Shown here one piece after another: positions 1 to 9,472 of a DNA stretch of 64,000 nt; positions within the stretch are counted from its first letter, which is position 1; each line of letters opens with the position of its first letter. A model generated the notes under the pieces. The model was not told where the DNA came from, made no database searches, and saw only the letters and a list, made by a program, of their open reading frames with translations. Source of the stretch: an uncultured Elusimicrobium sp. (GTDB taxonomy: Bacteria > Elusimicrobiota > Elusimicrobia > Elusimicrobiales > Elusimicrobiaceae); assembly GCA_902794125.1 (NCBI GenBank), contig CADBFX010000002.1, forward strand, positions 6,272 through 70,271, read 5' to 3'. A program made the translations under genes and the position numbers.

Positions 1-600
1 TTTGCGGATAATGGTGGGAATTAATTTTTCGTCGTGTTGTTTCGGGCCGTAATTGTTAGAACAATTGCTGGTGGTTACGTTCATTCCATACGTGTGATGA
101 TAAGCACGCACGAGTAAATCGCTGGAGGCCTTGCTGGCCGAATAGAAACCCGTTTCGCCTAATGTGCCATATACTTCATCGGTAGAAATGTGGTGAAAAC
201 GGCAATTTTCATAACCGGGTTTTACTTGACCGGGAGCACTCATCCAATGGTTGCGGGCTGCTTCCAAAAGTGTAAAGGTGCCTTCAATATTGGTTTTGAT
301 AAACGGCAAAGGGCTTTTAATAGAATTATCCACATGCGATTCAGCTGCGAAGTGAAACACGCCGCGGATGTCGTATTTTTTAAATAAATCATTAACTAAC
401 GCCGCGTCGCAGATATCGCCTTTTACGAAGGTGTAGCGCGGGTTATGTTCGCACTCTTTTAAATTTGCCAAGTTGCCCGCGTAGGTCAATTTATCTAAAT
501 TGACCACATGGTATTGCGGAAATGCTTCCAAAAAATAGGGTACGAAGTTTGCACCGATAAACCCGGCACCGCCGGTCACTAAGATAGTTTCGTTAGACAT
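1..600 (-). CDS. rfbB: dTDP-glucose 4,6-dehydratase (3' part outside window; short internal in-frame deletion)
   Basis: Not in the ORF track. Manual translation from ATG at 600: MSNETILVTGGAGFIGANFV...VNLDKLTYAGN...HFAAESHVDNSI...HISTDEVYG...YSASKASSD...SNNYGP, open to the window edge. Last gene of the rml operon. Confidence 0.95.
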   Translation of the reverse strand, partial: MSNETILVTGGAGFIGANFVPYFLEAFPQYHVVNLDKLTYAGNLANLKECEHNPRYTFVKGDICDAALVNDLFKKYDIRGVFHFAAESHVDNSIKSPLPFIKTNIEGTFTLLEAARNHWMSAPGQVKPGYENCRFHHISTDEVYGTLGETGFYSASKASSDLLVRAYHHTYGMNVTTSNCSNNYGPKQHDEKLIPTIIRK

Positions 601-1421
601 TCATCTACTCCTTTTGTCCAGTGGGAAAGCGACACATTAAAGGTTTGTTTAATTTTTGATTTGTTTAAAACAGAAAACGCCGGTCGTTTTGCTGGGGTGG
701 GATATTCCCGCGATAAAATCGGCTCTACCCGGCACTTACTGCCTGCGCGGTTTAATGTGTACCAAGCCAAATCATACCACGAACAGACGCCTTCATCCGT
801 GAAATTGTAAATAACCCGGGCCCCCGTCTTGATTTGCGGCAAAATTTGCACAATGGTTTGCGCTAAGTGCGGAGCATAGGTGGGCGTGCCAACCTGGTCA
901 CATACAACGCCTAACTTTTCTTTTTCCGCCCCGAGTTTTAACATGGTTTTAACAAAGTTTTTTCCGTAGGGGCTATACAACCACGCGGTGCGTAAAATGA
1001 CAGCGGTTTGGGCATATTGTAAAACGGCTTGTTCCCCTTCGTATTTAGTTTGACCATATACGCCAAGCGGGTGAGTCGGTGCATTTTCGTCAAGAGGCGT
1101 GTTGCTCGTTCCATCAAATACGTAATCGGTAGAAATATGAATAAGCGGGATATGTTTTTTAGCGGCTAATTTAGCCAAATTGGCCGGGCCGGTTACGTTA
1201 ATTTTACGGGCTAGTTCCGGTTCGCTTTCGGCTTTATCCACGTTGGTATAGGCGGCGCAGTTAATAATAGCGGTTAAAGTGTGCTTTTCGCCAAAGGCAA
1301 ATACGGCCGATTCGCTGGTAATATCCAGCTCGGCTACATCGGTGCATATGCATTTTTCGGCGGGCAAGATGTCTTGTAAACAGCGGCCCAGTTGCCCGTT
1401 AGCGCCCGTAATTAAAAACAT
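579..1421 (-). CDS. rfbD: dTDP-4-dehydrorhamnose reductase
   Basis: GANGQLG, NCAAYTNVDKAE, HISTDYVFDG, YGQTK and PTPAKRP motifs; operon context. Confidence 0.96.
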   Translation of the reverse strand: MFLITGANGQLGRCLQDILPAEKCICTDVAELDITSESAVFAFGEKHTLTAIINCAAYTNVDKAESEPELARKINVTGPANLAKLAAKKHIPLIHISTDYVFDGTSNTPLDENAPTHPLGVYGQTKYEGEQAVLQYAQTAVILRTAWLYSPYGKNFVKTMLKLGAEKEKLGVVCDQVGTPTYAPHLAQTIVQILPQIKTGARVIYNFTDEGVCSWYDLAWYTLNRAGSKCRVEPILSREYPTPAKRPAFSVLNKSKIKQTFNVSLSHWTKGVDECLTKLS

Positions 1422-1966
1422 GGTTGCTCCTTATAACTTGCCAACGACGGATTATGTCGGTCTTTTTCGGATAATACCGCTTGGGCTAAATCTATTTTCC
1501 AATCAATGGCGAGTTCGGGGTCGTCAAAATAAATGGCGCCTTCACTTTCTTTGTTATAAAAATTATCGCATTTATAAGCAAATTTAGCTGTTGGGGTTAA
1601 GACGGAAAAACCGTGTGCGAAGCCGCGCGGAATAAAAAATTGTTTTTTGTTTTCCCCCGAAAGTTCCACCCCAAACCAGCGACCAAAGGTAGGGCTATTT
1701 TTGCGTAAATCTACGGCTACATCCCACACTGATCCTTCCAATACCCGAACCAATTTGGCTTGGGCAAAAGGCGGCTTTTGAAAGTGTAGTCCGCGTAAGG
1801 TGTTTTGGGACGAAAAACTTTCATTATCCTGTACGAAATCCACCGCAATACCTAACGCTTCCAACGTTTTTTTATTATACGACTCGTAGAAATAACCGCG
1901 GTTATCTGCAAATACTTTCGGCGTTAGCACCACGAGTCCGTCTATAGGAGCATTAAAAAAATCCAT
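1412..1966 (-). CDS. rfbC: dTDP-4-dehydrorhamnose 3,5-epimerase
   Basis: [30 protein letters not shown] and GFAHGF motifs. Confidence 0.97.
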   Translation of the reverse strand: MDFFNAPIDGLVVLTPKVFADNRGYFYESYNKKTLEALGIAVDFVQDNESFSSQNTLRGLHFQKPPFAQAKLVRVLEGSVWDVAVDLRKNSPTFGRWFGVELSGENKKQFFIPRGFAHGFSVLTPTAKFAYKCDNFYNKESEGAIYFDDPELAIDWKIDLAQAVLSEKDRHNPSLASYKEQPCF

Positions 1967-2837
1967 TTTTTTGATCCTCTGGTATGCGTTGCAAGTATTG
2001 GCCGTATTCGGTATTTTTCATCTTTTCGGCGCGGGCAGCTAACTGGGAGGCCGTCAGCCAGCCGTTTTTAAAAGCAATGGCTTCTAATGCGGCAATTTTC
2101 AAACCTTGGCGGTTTTCCAGTGCTTCAATGAACATGGAAGCTTTAATAAGGTCCGCATGCGTGCCGGTATCCAGCCACGCCATGCCCCGGCCCATGAGTT
2201 GCACGGAAAGTTCCCCTTGTTTTAAATACCAATTATTGACGGCGGTAATTTCCAGTTCGCCGCGGGCGGAAGGTTTTATGCTTTTGGCTACTTCCACTAC
2301 ACGGTTATCGTAGAAATAAAGCCCGGTTACGGCCCAATGAGATTTCGGGTTTTTGGGCTTTTCTTCAATAGAAATGGCTTTTTTGTCAGCATTGACTTCT
2401 ACTACGCCATAAGCGGTGGGGTCTTTTACGTGATAGCCAAAAACCGTGGCACCCGTTTTTTGGGCGGCGGCTGTTTGGACAAGGGCTTTTAAATCCCGCC
2501 CGTAAAAGATATTATCGCCCAAGATAAGACACACATTGTCTTTGCCGATAAATTCTTCGCCCAAAATAAAAGCTTGGGCCAACCCTTCGGGTTTGGGTTG
2601 TTCTACGTATGAGAGGTGTAAGCCGTATTCGGATCCGTCTCCGAACAGTTTTTTGTATAGCGGTAAATCAACCGGGGTAGAAATAATTAGAATATCCCGT
2701 ATTCCGGCTAACATCAGTACGGATATCGGGTAAAAAACCATGGGTTTATCGTAAATGGGAATGAGTTGCTTGGAAATGCCAAATGTGGCCGGATACAAAC
2801 GGCTGCCGGTTCCGCCAGCCAAAACAATACCTTTCAT
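1953..2837 (-). CDS. rfbA: glucose-1-phosphate thymidylyltransferase
   Basis: [38 protein letters not shown] and WLDTGT motifs. Confidence 0.97.
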   Translation of the reverse strand: MKGIVLAGGTGSRLYPATFGISKQLIPIYDKPMVFYPISVLMLAGIRDILIISTPVDLPLYKKLFGDGSEYGLHLSYVEQPKPEGLAQAFILGEEFIGKDNVCLILGDNIFYGRDLKALVQTAAAQKTGATVFGYHVKDPTAYGVVEVNADKKAISIEEKPKNPKSHWAVTGLYFYDNRVVEVAKSIKPSARGELEITAVNNWYLKQGELSVQLMGRGMAWLDTGTHADLIKASMFIEALENRQGLKIAALEAIAFKNGWLTASQLAARAEKMKNTEYGQYLQRIPEDQKNGFF

Positions 2838-2987
2838 ATTTCCTCCGCCAAGAGTATATATACCCCTATTGTAGCAAAGAAACGGAGGTCACGCAATGAG
2901 AAAGGACTAGTTTTTATAGACGTTCGTTTGGGTTTTTGAAGATTGGTTTGGGGAAGGACATAGTTAAATCTCCCCACCCGGTGCATT

Positions 2988-3854
2988 TTACATGATTTTT
3001 ATAGAGAGAATTTGAATACCCAAGAAGTAAACTCTGTATTTGTTAATTTCCTTTTTTATCTTAAAAATAGGAAACGACAACACTTTTATTGTAATTGTTT
3101 CGGGATAAACACGGCTTATTTCGGGGTATTCTTTTTCAAACAATAAACGCGCTTTTTCAATGGCACAATCCATTTTGAATTGTTGCGTTTTGGAAGTATT
3201 TGAAGCATGCCACCTATATATGATGAGTGGCTCTTGCAGATTATAAAACTGTGTAAAAGGAATCATCCTATACCACAAAACACGGTCTTCCGCCGGAGAA
3301 TATTCTTCTTCATAGGCAATATTGTTATTTTTGACCAGATCGGCCCGAATCATAGCTGCCGGATGATATAACTCGCATTCGCGGGATAATTTAAGTTTAA
3401 TGTCTTTATCGTGCTCTACGTGTAAAATGGGATATTTCCTATTTTTGGGTTCATCATACTGAAAGATTCCACCGGAAACCACTCCCACTTCCGGATGGGC
3501 GTCCAAATAGGCTACCTGTTTTTTTAATCTATCTGTTAGGGAAATGTCATCATGGTCTACAATGGCCCAATACTTTCCTTTGGCCAGGGACATCAATCGG
3601 TTACGGGTTCCTGTAATACCAAGATTGATATCATTGACATAATATCTGATGCGGTTGTCGTTGTAAGACTTGATTACTTGTTCCACCTGTAAATCTGTAG
3701 AACAATCATTGACGATAATCAATTCAAAATCGGCAAAAGATTGTTTTAAAATGCTGTCTATACACTCTCTAAGATATTTTTCTCTTGTGTTGTATACAGG
3801 CAAAAGAACGGAAACGACCGGAACCGTCGGAGTATTATTTTTATTATTTGTCAT
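2988..3854 (-). CDS. glycosyltransferase family 2
   Basis: VSVLLPVYN, IIVNDCSTD and DHDD motifs typical of GT-A/GT2. Confidence 0.9.
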   Translation of the reverse strand: MTNNKNNTPTVPVVSVLLPVYNTREKYLRECIDSILKQSFADFELIIVNDCSTDLQVEQVIKSYNDNRIRYYVNDINLGITGTRNRLMSLAKGKYWAIVDHDDISLTDRLKKQVAYLDAHPEVGVVSGGIFQYDEPKNRKYPILHVEHDKDIKLKLSRECELYHPAAMIRADLVKNNNIAYEEEYSPAEDRVLWYRMIPFTQFYNLQEPLIIYRWHASNTSKTQQFKMDCAIEKARLLFEKEYPEISRVYPETITIKVLSFPIFKIKKEINKYRVYFLGIQILSIKIM

Positions 3855-4854
3855 TTAAAATAGACTCAACTAATTTGTTATTTTGTTTTAAAAGATCCAT
3901 ATCGCTAACTACTTGATTTGCTTTTTCTATGGCTCGTTTTTTTGTGATGATGGGCCATGCATTTATTACTTCTTTAAAAACTTTAAAATTTGGGCGCAAG
4001 GCGCACCATAAAAGACTGGAAAGCAGCAGGCGGGTGGATGTAATATTCTTCCAAGTAAAGATTAAACTGTTTCTTTTGCTCAAAAACAGAGTACGCTTAT
4101 TGGTTTTGCTTTGTATGGTTCCCCCGCACTTATGCAAAGGGTGCGTGTCTGCTGCGTAAACGATTTTCCAGCCGCGTTTTAATCCTCTGTACATTAAATC
4201 TGTTTCTTCCAGCATATACGGCTCTAATAAATCTTCGTCAAAGCCACTTAATGTGATAAAACGATTCTTATTACAAAAGAAATAAGCTCCCTGCACACCA
4301 AAGCTCGGATAGATTTTGTTTTCTTTTAGTTGTTGGTTATATATGTTGCCCGTAAAACGCATGGATCCCCGTTTCCAAGCCAGCTTTTTTAAGCCATCTA
4401 ACTGCCTGGTGGGTTCGCTGGCTAAATAGCCGCAGCAAGATACGCAAAAGACATCTTCTTTTAGATATTTTTGTGCTTTAACAAAAAAATCTTCTTCTAG
4501 AAACACATCGTTGTCTGCAAAAAATAACCAATCCCCGGTACTGTTTGCTACGCCTGTATTTCTTGCAGAGCATACGCCCATTTTTTTATTTTTAATTATT
4601 TTAATTTGCGGGAAAGAGTTAGGTAATTCTATTAAGGTATTATCTGTAGAGTTATCATCTACCACAATAATTTCGGTTTCAAAAGGCGCTTTTTGCACGG
4701 CTTTTAGTACGCTGGGAAGACAATCTTTCAGGTGATGTAATCCGTTTTTTGATGCAATAATAACGGATACACAATTAAATGGTTTGTCGATAGTTGAAGT
4801 CGTAATATTGGTAGGTATGGATTCAATTTGTTTCATATCGTTTTTAACCACCAT
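3844..4854 (-). CDS. glycosyltransferase family 2 (rhamnosyltransferase-like)
   Basis: IIVVDDNSTD, ARNTG, FADND, GFDE...EETDL motifs. Confidence 0.88.
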   Translation of the reverse strand: MVVKNDMKQIESIPTNITTSTIDKPFNCVSVIIASKNGLHHLKDCLPSVLKAVQKAPFETEIIVVDDNSTDNTLIELPNSFPQIKIIKNKKMGVCSARNTGVANSTGDWLFFADNDVFLEEDFFVKAQKYLKEDVFCVSCCGYLASEPTRQLDGLKKLAWKRGSMRFTGNIYNQQLKENKIYPSFGVQGAYFFCNKNRFITLSGFDEDLLEPYMLEETDLMYRGLKRGWKIVYAADTHPLHKCGGTIQSKTNKRTLFLSKRNSLIFTWKNITSTRLLLSSLLWCALRPNFKVFKEVINAWPIITKKRAIEKANQVVSDMDLLKQNNKLVESILNDK

Positions 4855-4914
4855 TTTCAGACTTCATTATAGAAGTTTTTATCTCAAAAGACAAATTTTC
4901 TTATCTGCTTATTT

Positions 4915-4954
4915 GTAACACACCCCAAGTAATAAATAACTTGGGGTGTGTTAC
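4915..4954 (-). terminator. long hairpin after the TraF-like gene
   Basis: GTAACACACCCCAAGT...ACTTGGGGTGTGTTAC inverted repeat. Confidence 0.7.
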
Positions 4955-4968
4955 AAGTAAAGTACAGA

Positions 4969-6546
4969 TTAGAATAAAAAGCCCAATGTCAACGAAGCGG
5001 CGGCTGAGTTGGGAATGTCATTTCCGTCAATTTTGGTAGATTTATTGCTAATAGCTCCGGCCAACTCAATATGGAAGTGGGCCATGTTGAACCCAATCCC
5101 TGCTGTATAGAACGGGGATACATTGCTTGTTGACAAGTTTTTATTGTATCCCAAGCGAAGTGGAATACTGAATTTGGGGCGGTGTACTAAATAGATTTCA
5201 GCCCCTAAAGCTAATTGACGCGATTTGATACTATTTAGCATGGTGCTGTTATCGGTTACGTCAATATCGGCAGCCAATGTCATGAATTTAAACGGATTGA
5301 TAGCCGCCCCGGCACGCACTTGCGGTTTTAGTTCATACTTATCGGTGCGCCAGTTGCGTAAAATAGCATCGTTCAAATCCGTAGGCGCATCCGGGCGTTC
5401 AAATTTGGGGCTGTTTAAATTACGAGCCGTTACCCCAACTTGCGGGTTTAAAAAGATCTCTTTGTCTATTAATTGCGACAAGTTCACCATGGCTCCCAAA
5501 TCTATACCAACGTTGGTGCTGTTTTTCTTATTATCGTATGCTTTATCTAAAATATCTTTAATTTTTTCATCTTTGGTTAAAACCATTACGCCACTTTCTG
5601 CGGTATAACCGCTAATGACCTTAAAGTTACCCCCTAATTTCAAACCGGGAATCACTTGTTGGCCATATCCCAGGCCGGCTTCGGCAAACGTGGCGGCATC
5701 TACCATAACCAGCGTTTCGTTGTCTTTATAATTGCCGGTGGCTTGCCCTGCCAAGTTGATAATTTCACTTGCGCCGGGTACATATTCTGCAGCTTGCCCA
5801 AAGGCTTTCAAAATATCGTCATCACTGATTCCGTAAGTCCGCGCAGCGTCCACTAACGCGGTAGCCAATTCCAAACTGTTCGAGCACGAGGAGGCGTTTA
5901 AAAGCGTTTTTAACGAATTAAAAACCCCATTTGCATCAATAGCGTTGGCCAATGCTTGGGCGGCGCTTGTTTGAGCCGGATTGAGAGAGGCAGCCTTGTT
6001 CCCTAGGAAAGGGTTTGTTCCGCTACCGCTATAAAATTGGAGGTTCTTTGTATCTACTACCGGGGTAATGGCTCCCGTACCTAACGCTCGCATCCCGACG
6101 GCAAAATTTTTCATCTTAAAACTAACTCCGGCATTTGCGTTTGCTAAAGCACCCATTTCTTTACCAATTAATTTGGCAATATCATTTAATCCCTTGAACA
6201 TGGCTTCAACGTCGCTGGCGGAGGCTTTTTGGTTATTTTTAAGAGTGCTTTGCAATGCTTTATATTGGTTGGACATTTCTGTTAAATCCCGTACGCCTTC
6301 CAATACGTGTTTAGTGGCTTCCACGCTGGCTCCGGCTTCGATTAGCAGGCCGGTTTCATTGCGTTCATCTTCTTGGGCAAGGCCTGCCGGGTTCCAATAC
6401 TGGGCATCGGGTCCGTAGGCAGTGGCTACGCCGGCGCCGCCCATACCCATGGCACGCGTGCCGACAAATTGCCATTGTTGGGCAAACGATACCGAGGCCG
6501 CTAAGAAAGCGGCGGGAAGAATAAATAATAGTTTTTTAAGTTGCAT
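4969..6546 (-). CDS. TraF-family / FadL-like outer-membrane beta-barrel protein
   Basis: Signal peptide from Met at 6546 (MQLKKLLFIL...SFA), then GTRAMGMGGAGVA and YWNPAGLA plug-like motifs and a C-terminal beta-signal LTLGFLF. The ORF-track start at 6612 overlaps the tRNA and is unlikely. Confidence 0.75.
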   Translation of the reverse strand: MQLKKLLFILPAAFLAASVSFAQQWQFVGTRAMGMGGAGVATAYGPDAQYWNPAGLAQEDERNETGLLIEAGASVEATKHVLEGVRDLTEMSNQYKALQSTLKNNQKASASDVEAMFKGLNDIAKLIGKEMGALANANAGVSFKMKNFAVGMRALGTGAITPVVDTKNLQFYSGSGTNPFLGNKAASLNPAQTSAAQALANAIDANGVFNSLKTLLNASSCSNSLELATALVDAARTYGISDDDILKAFGQAAEYVPGASEIINLAGQATGNYKDNETLVMVDAATFAEAGLGYGQQVIPGLKLGGNFKVISGYTAESGVMVLTKDEKIKDILDKAYDNKKNSTNVGIDLGAMVNLSQLIDKEIFLNPQVGVTARNLNSPKFERPDAPTDLNDAILRNWRTDKYELKPQVRAGAAINPFKFMTLAADIDVTDNSTMLNSIKSRQLALGAEIYLVHRPKFSIPLRLGYNKNLSTSNVSPFYTAGIGFNMAHFHIELAGAISNKSTKIDGNDIPNSAAASLTLGFLF

Positions 6547-6603
6547 GAGGTAGTTGTTCCTTTTGAAATTTAAAAACCCGGGAGTTGCCCCGAGTTTAAA
6601 AAA

Positions 6604-6675
6604 TACCCCCAATGGGAATCGAACCTATATCATCCGCTTAGAAGGCGGGTGCTCTATCCATTGAGCTATGGGGGC
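6604..6675 (-). tRNA. tRNA-Arg(TCT)
   Basis: Minus strand reads GCCCCCATAGCTCAATGGATAGAGCACCCGCCTTCTAAGCGGATGATATAGGTTCGATTCCCATTGGGGGTA: cloverleaf, GTTCGA T-loop, anticodon TCT. Confidence 0.93.
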
Positions 6676-6782
6676 GTAAATCTATATATATTCTACAAAA
6701 AAAATTTAATTATTCAAAATAATCTCTCCGTCCTTTTAAAATGCTACAATAAATACACGTTGTGTTAGGAGAGCCAATATCC

Positions 6783-7985
6783 ATGGCTAAAAATCTTTCG
6801 TTTTCTTATTCCAAAATGGGCATGTATAAGGAATGCCCGCAAAAGTACAAATTCCGCTACGTGCACATGTTGCCGGAACAACCGAAGTACTACTTCGCTT
6901 TCGGCTCTGCCATGCACGCGGTAATGGAATTTATTTTTGACCCGGCTCGCCCTACCTTCCCTTCTTTACAAGAAGCATTGCAGTTTTTTGACGTCACTTG
7001 GAGCAAAACGACTTTTGAGCAAAAAGGATATGCCTCGGCAGAAAAAGAATTGGCCGGATACGCCGAAGGCCGGCAGATTATAGAAAGTTATTATGCCAAA
7101 AACGCTTCTTCGTTTGTGCATCCGTTGTCCGTAGAAATGAAAAGCACGCTAGATATTGACGGGCTTAGTTTAATCAGTATTTTGGACCGGATGGATTATT
7201 TGGGCGGCGGAAAAATTAAAATTTTAGATTACAAAACAGGTAAAACCGTCCAACGCGAGCCGGATCAATTATATATGTACCAAAAGGTGGTGGAAAACTC
7301 CCCCACTATTTTAAAATTGGTGCAAACTAAGGACCCTGCCGTCAAAGAAGTGCGGGTGGAGCAACTAAGTTTTTATCACTTGCCTACCCTGCAAGAAATG
7401 ACTTTTGACCGTGCGCCGGATAAAGAAATTTTTGCGTTTTGGCAAAAAGTTTTGACGATAGCCGATAATATCCGGGCCGGACATTTTGATCCTACCCCTG
7501 GTGAAAGCCAATGCCGCTGGTGCGATTACCGGAACTTATGCCCGGTGTTTACCGGCAAAGAATACACCGGTCCCAGTGGATACGGGGCAAAAATTACACC
7601 CCCCGCCCCTGCCGTCAAAGAAATGCCTTCCACGCAAGAAGTATTAAGTGAAAAAATAGACCGTTACGGATCTCTTGTGGAAGAACTTCGCCGATTAGAG
7701 AACGAAATTATTACGCTTATGCGGGAAAATAAATTTGAACGGCATTTTGGTAAACAATACAAAGCGGAGCTGGAACGCATTGAAAAAACAACGTTTTCGG
7801 ACAAAACAAAGGTAGTAGATTTACTCCGTAATTTAAAATTATTGGCAAAAGTATTAGTGCCTACCCAAAGCACGGTGACGGCCTTGCTTTCGGACCCAAC
7901 CGTTTCGGCGGATGCAAAAGAAAAACTGAAAGCACTGGCTAAAACGTGTGAAGATTTTTCACTCCATATAGAAAAGGCGGATTAA
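6783..7985 (+). CDS. PD-(D/E)XK RecB/AddB/Cas4-like nuclease with Fe-S cysteines
   Basis: SYS...ECPQKY, GSAMH, LDRMD...ILDYKTG, DQLYMY and CRWCDYRNLC. Start at ATG 6783 after GGAGAG. Confidence 0.85.
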   Translation: MAKNLSFSYSKMGMYKECPQKYKFRYVHMLPEQPKYYFAFGSAMHAVMEFIFDPARPTFPSLQEALQFFDVTWSKTTFEQKGYASAEKELAGYAEGRQIIESYYAKNASSFVHPLSVEMKSTLDIDGLSLISILDRMDYLGGGKIKILDYKTGKTVQREPDQLYMYQKVVENSPTILKLVQTKDPAVKEVRVEQLSFYHLPTLQEMTFDRAPDKEIFAFWQKVLTIADNIRAGHFDPTPGESQCRWCDYRNLCPVFTGKEYTGPSGYGAKITPPAPAVKEMPSTQEVLSEKIDRYGSLVEELRRLENEIITLMRENKFERHFGKQYKAELERIEKTTFSDKTKVVDLLRNLKLLAKVLVPTQSTVTALLSDPTVSADAKEKLKALAKTCEDFSLHIEKAD

Positions 7986-9412
7986 TGACCCAAACGGCTC
8001 AATATATCGTGGCGTTGGATATCGGCACTTCCGGTTGCCGGGCTGCGGCTATTACCGAAACAGGACATATTGCCGCGCAACACGCCTTACCGTTTGACCC
8101 TATTCGCCCGGCGGAAGGATTATCCGAATATAATGCCGAAGAATTTTTAAAAGTACAATTAAACACTCTTCATACTGTGTTAGATAAAGTAGGTCCGGCT
8201 CAGGTGAAAGGAATTGCCGTGGCGTCCCAGCGTTCTACGGTTGTGTTATGGGATAAAAAAACCGGGCAAGTACTTGCCCCTGTTCTGACGTGGGAGGATG
8301 GCCGTGCGGCGGCGATTTCCAAGCAAGTTAAATTGTCGCAAGCAACCGTTCATCAACAAACAGGACTTTATAACACTCCTTATTTTTCGGCTCCTAAAAT
8401 CGCGTGGTGTATGCAAAATTGCGAGGCGGTACGTACGGCTGCCAAGGCAGGCGCATTGGCTGTCGGTCCGGTAGCTTCATATTTAATTTGGCACTTAACA
8501 AACGGGAAAACTTTTGCGACGGATCCGACGCTTGCCCAGCGGATGTTGCTCATGGATATTCACACGCGGACGTGGAGCAAAGAACTGTGCGCGGCTTTTG
8601 GAATTTCAGAAAAAATTTTACCAGCAATCTCCCCTTCCTTTGCCGATTACGGAACTTATTTATATCACGATATTCAAATTCCTCTGTTAGGTTGTATGGG
8701 AGACCAACAAGCCGCAGCGGGCGTACGGCCCTTTCTTGAACAACAAAGCCGTATTAATTACGGAACAGGAGCGTTTTGGCTGTATTGTTTAGGGAAAAAG
8801 CCTGCCTTTTTACCCGGGCTATTAACATCCGTTTCAGCGGACGGGACTTATTTTTTGGAAGGGCCCGTAAATGCGGCGGCGAGTGCTTTGTTATGGCTTA
8901 ACGCCCAGGGTATTGAGTTTGCTCCTAATGAAACAGACGGCTGGTGCCAGAAGGCCGAGCGTCCGGTGCACTTTTTACCGGCGTTGGGTGGATTGGGCGC
9001 ACCCTATTGGAATTTTTCCGTCACTCCTGTAGTGGAGAATTTATCCCCCCTTACTCGCAAAGCCGATTGGATAGCAGGAACTGTGCGGGCTATTGCATTA
9101 CTTATAGCAGATATTGTCAACTATGCCCGTCAAAATGGATATGCGTCCACCGGAACAGTACATGTATCGGGTGGGCTTTCGCGCGTTGGCTATTTGACGC
9201 AATTCCAAGCCGATTTGTTACAACAGGAGTTGCAAGTCAGCGAAGAAGCCGATGCTACTATTTTGGGAGCTGCCCGTTTGGCTTTTGAAAAGCAAGGAGT
9301 GACGAAGTGGAAAACTGAAACAGGGGTGCTTGTAAAACCTGTTTTGCCCGTCAAAGAGGCTAAAACTCTGCACGAACAATGGCAAGAATTTGTGAAACGT
9401 CATATACGGTAA
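7985..9412 (+). CDS. FGGY carbohydrate kinase, glycerol kinase-like
   Basis: ALDIGTSGCRA, SQRSTVVLWD, PYFSAPKI, GDQQAA, YGTGAF and GLGAPYW motifs. Confidence 0.85.
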   Translation: MTQTAQYIVALDIGTSGCRAAAITETGHIAAQHALPFDPIRPAEGLSEYNAEEFLKVQLNTLHTVLDKVGPAQVKGIAVASQRSTVVLWDKKTGQVLAPVLTWEDGRAAAISKQVKLSQATVHQQTGLYNTPYFSAPKIAWCMQNCEAVRTAAKAGALAVGPVASYLIWHLTNGKTFATDPTLAQRMLLMDIHTRTWSKELCAAFGISEKILPAISPSFADYGTYLYHDIQIPLLGCMGDQQAAAGVRPFLEQQSRINYGTGAFWLYCLGKKPAFLPGLLTSVSADGTYFLEGPVNAAASALLWLNAQGIEFAPNETDGWCQKAERPVHFLPALGGLGAPYWNFSVTPVVENLSPLTRKADWIAGTVRAIALLIADIVNYARQNGYASTGTVHVSGGLSRVGYLTQFQADLLQQELQVSEEADATILGAARLAFEKQGVTKWKTETGVLVKPVLPVKEAKTLHEQWQEFVKRHIR

Positions 9413-9424
9413 AATAGATATTCT

Positions 9425-9462
9425 AAAAAAACACCCGCTTCTTTTGAAGCGGGTGTTTTTTT
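9425..9462. terminator. bidirectional intrinsic terminator
   Basis: AAAAAAACACCCGCTTC-TTTT-GAAGCGGGTGTTTTTTT between convergent genes. Confidence 0.9.
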
Positions 9463-9472
9463 ATCGGTTAGA

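Noticed and set aside
4969-7985. Conjugative or integrative element at tRNA-Arg
   Set aside because: No integrase, relaxase or T4SS genes, and no duplicated tRNA 3' end seen.
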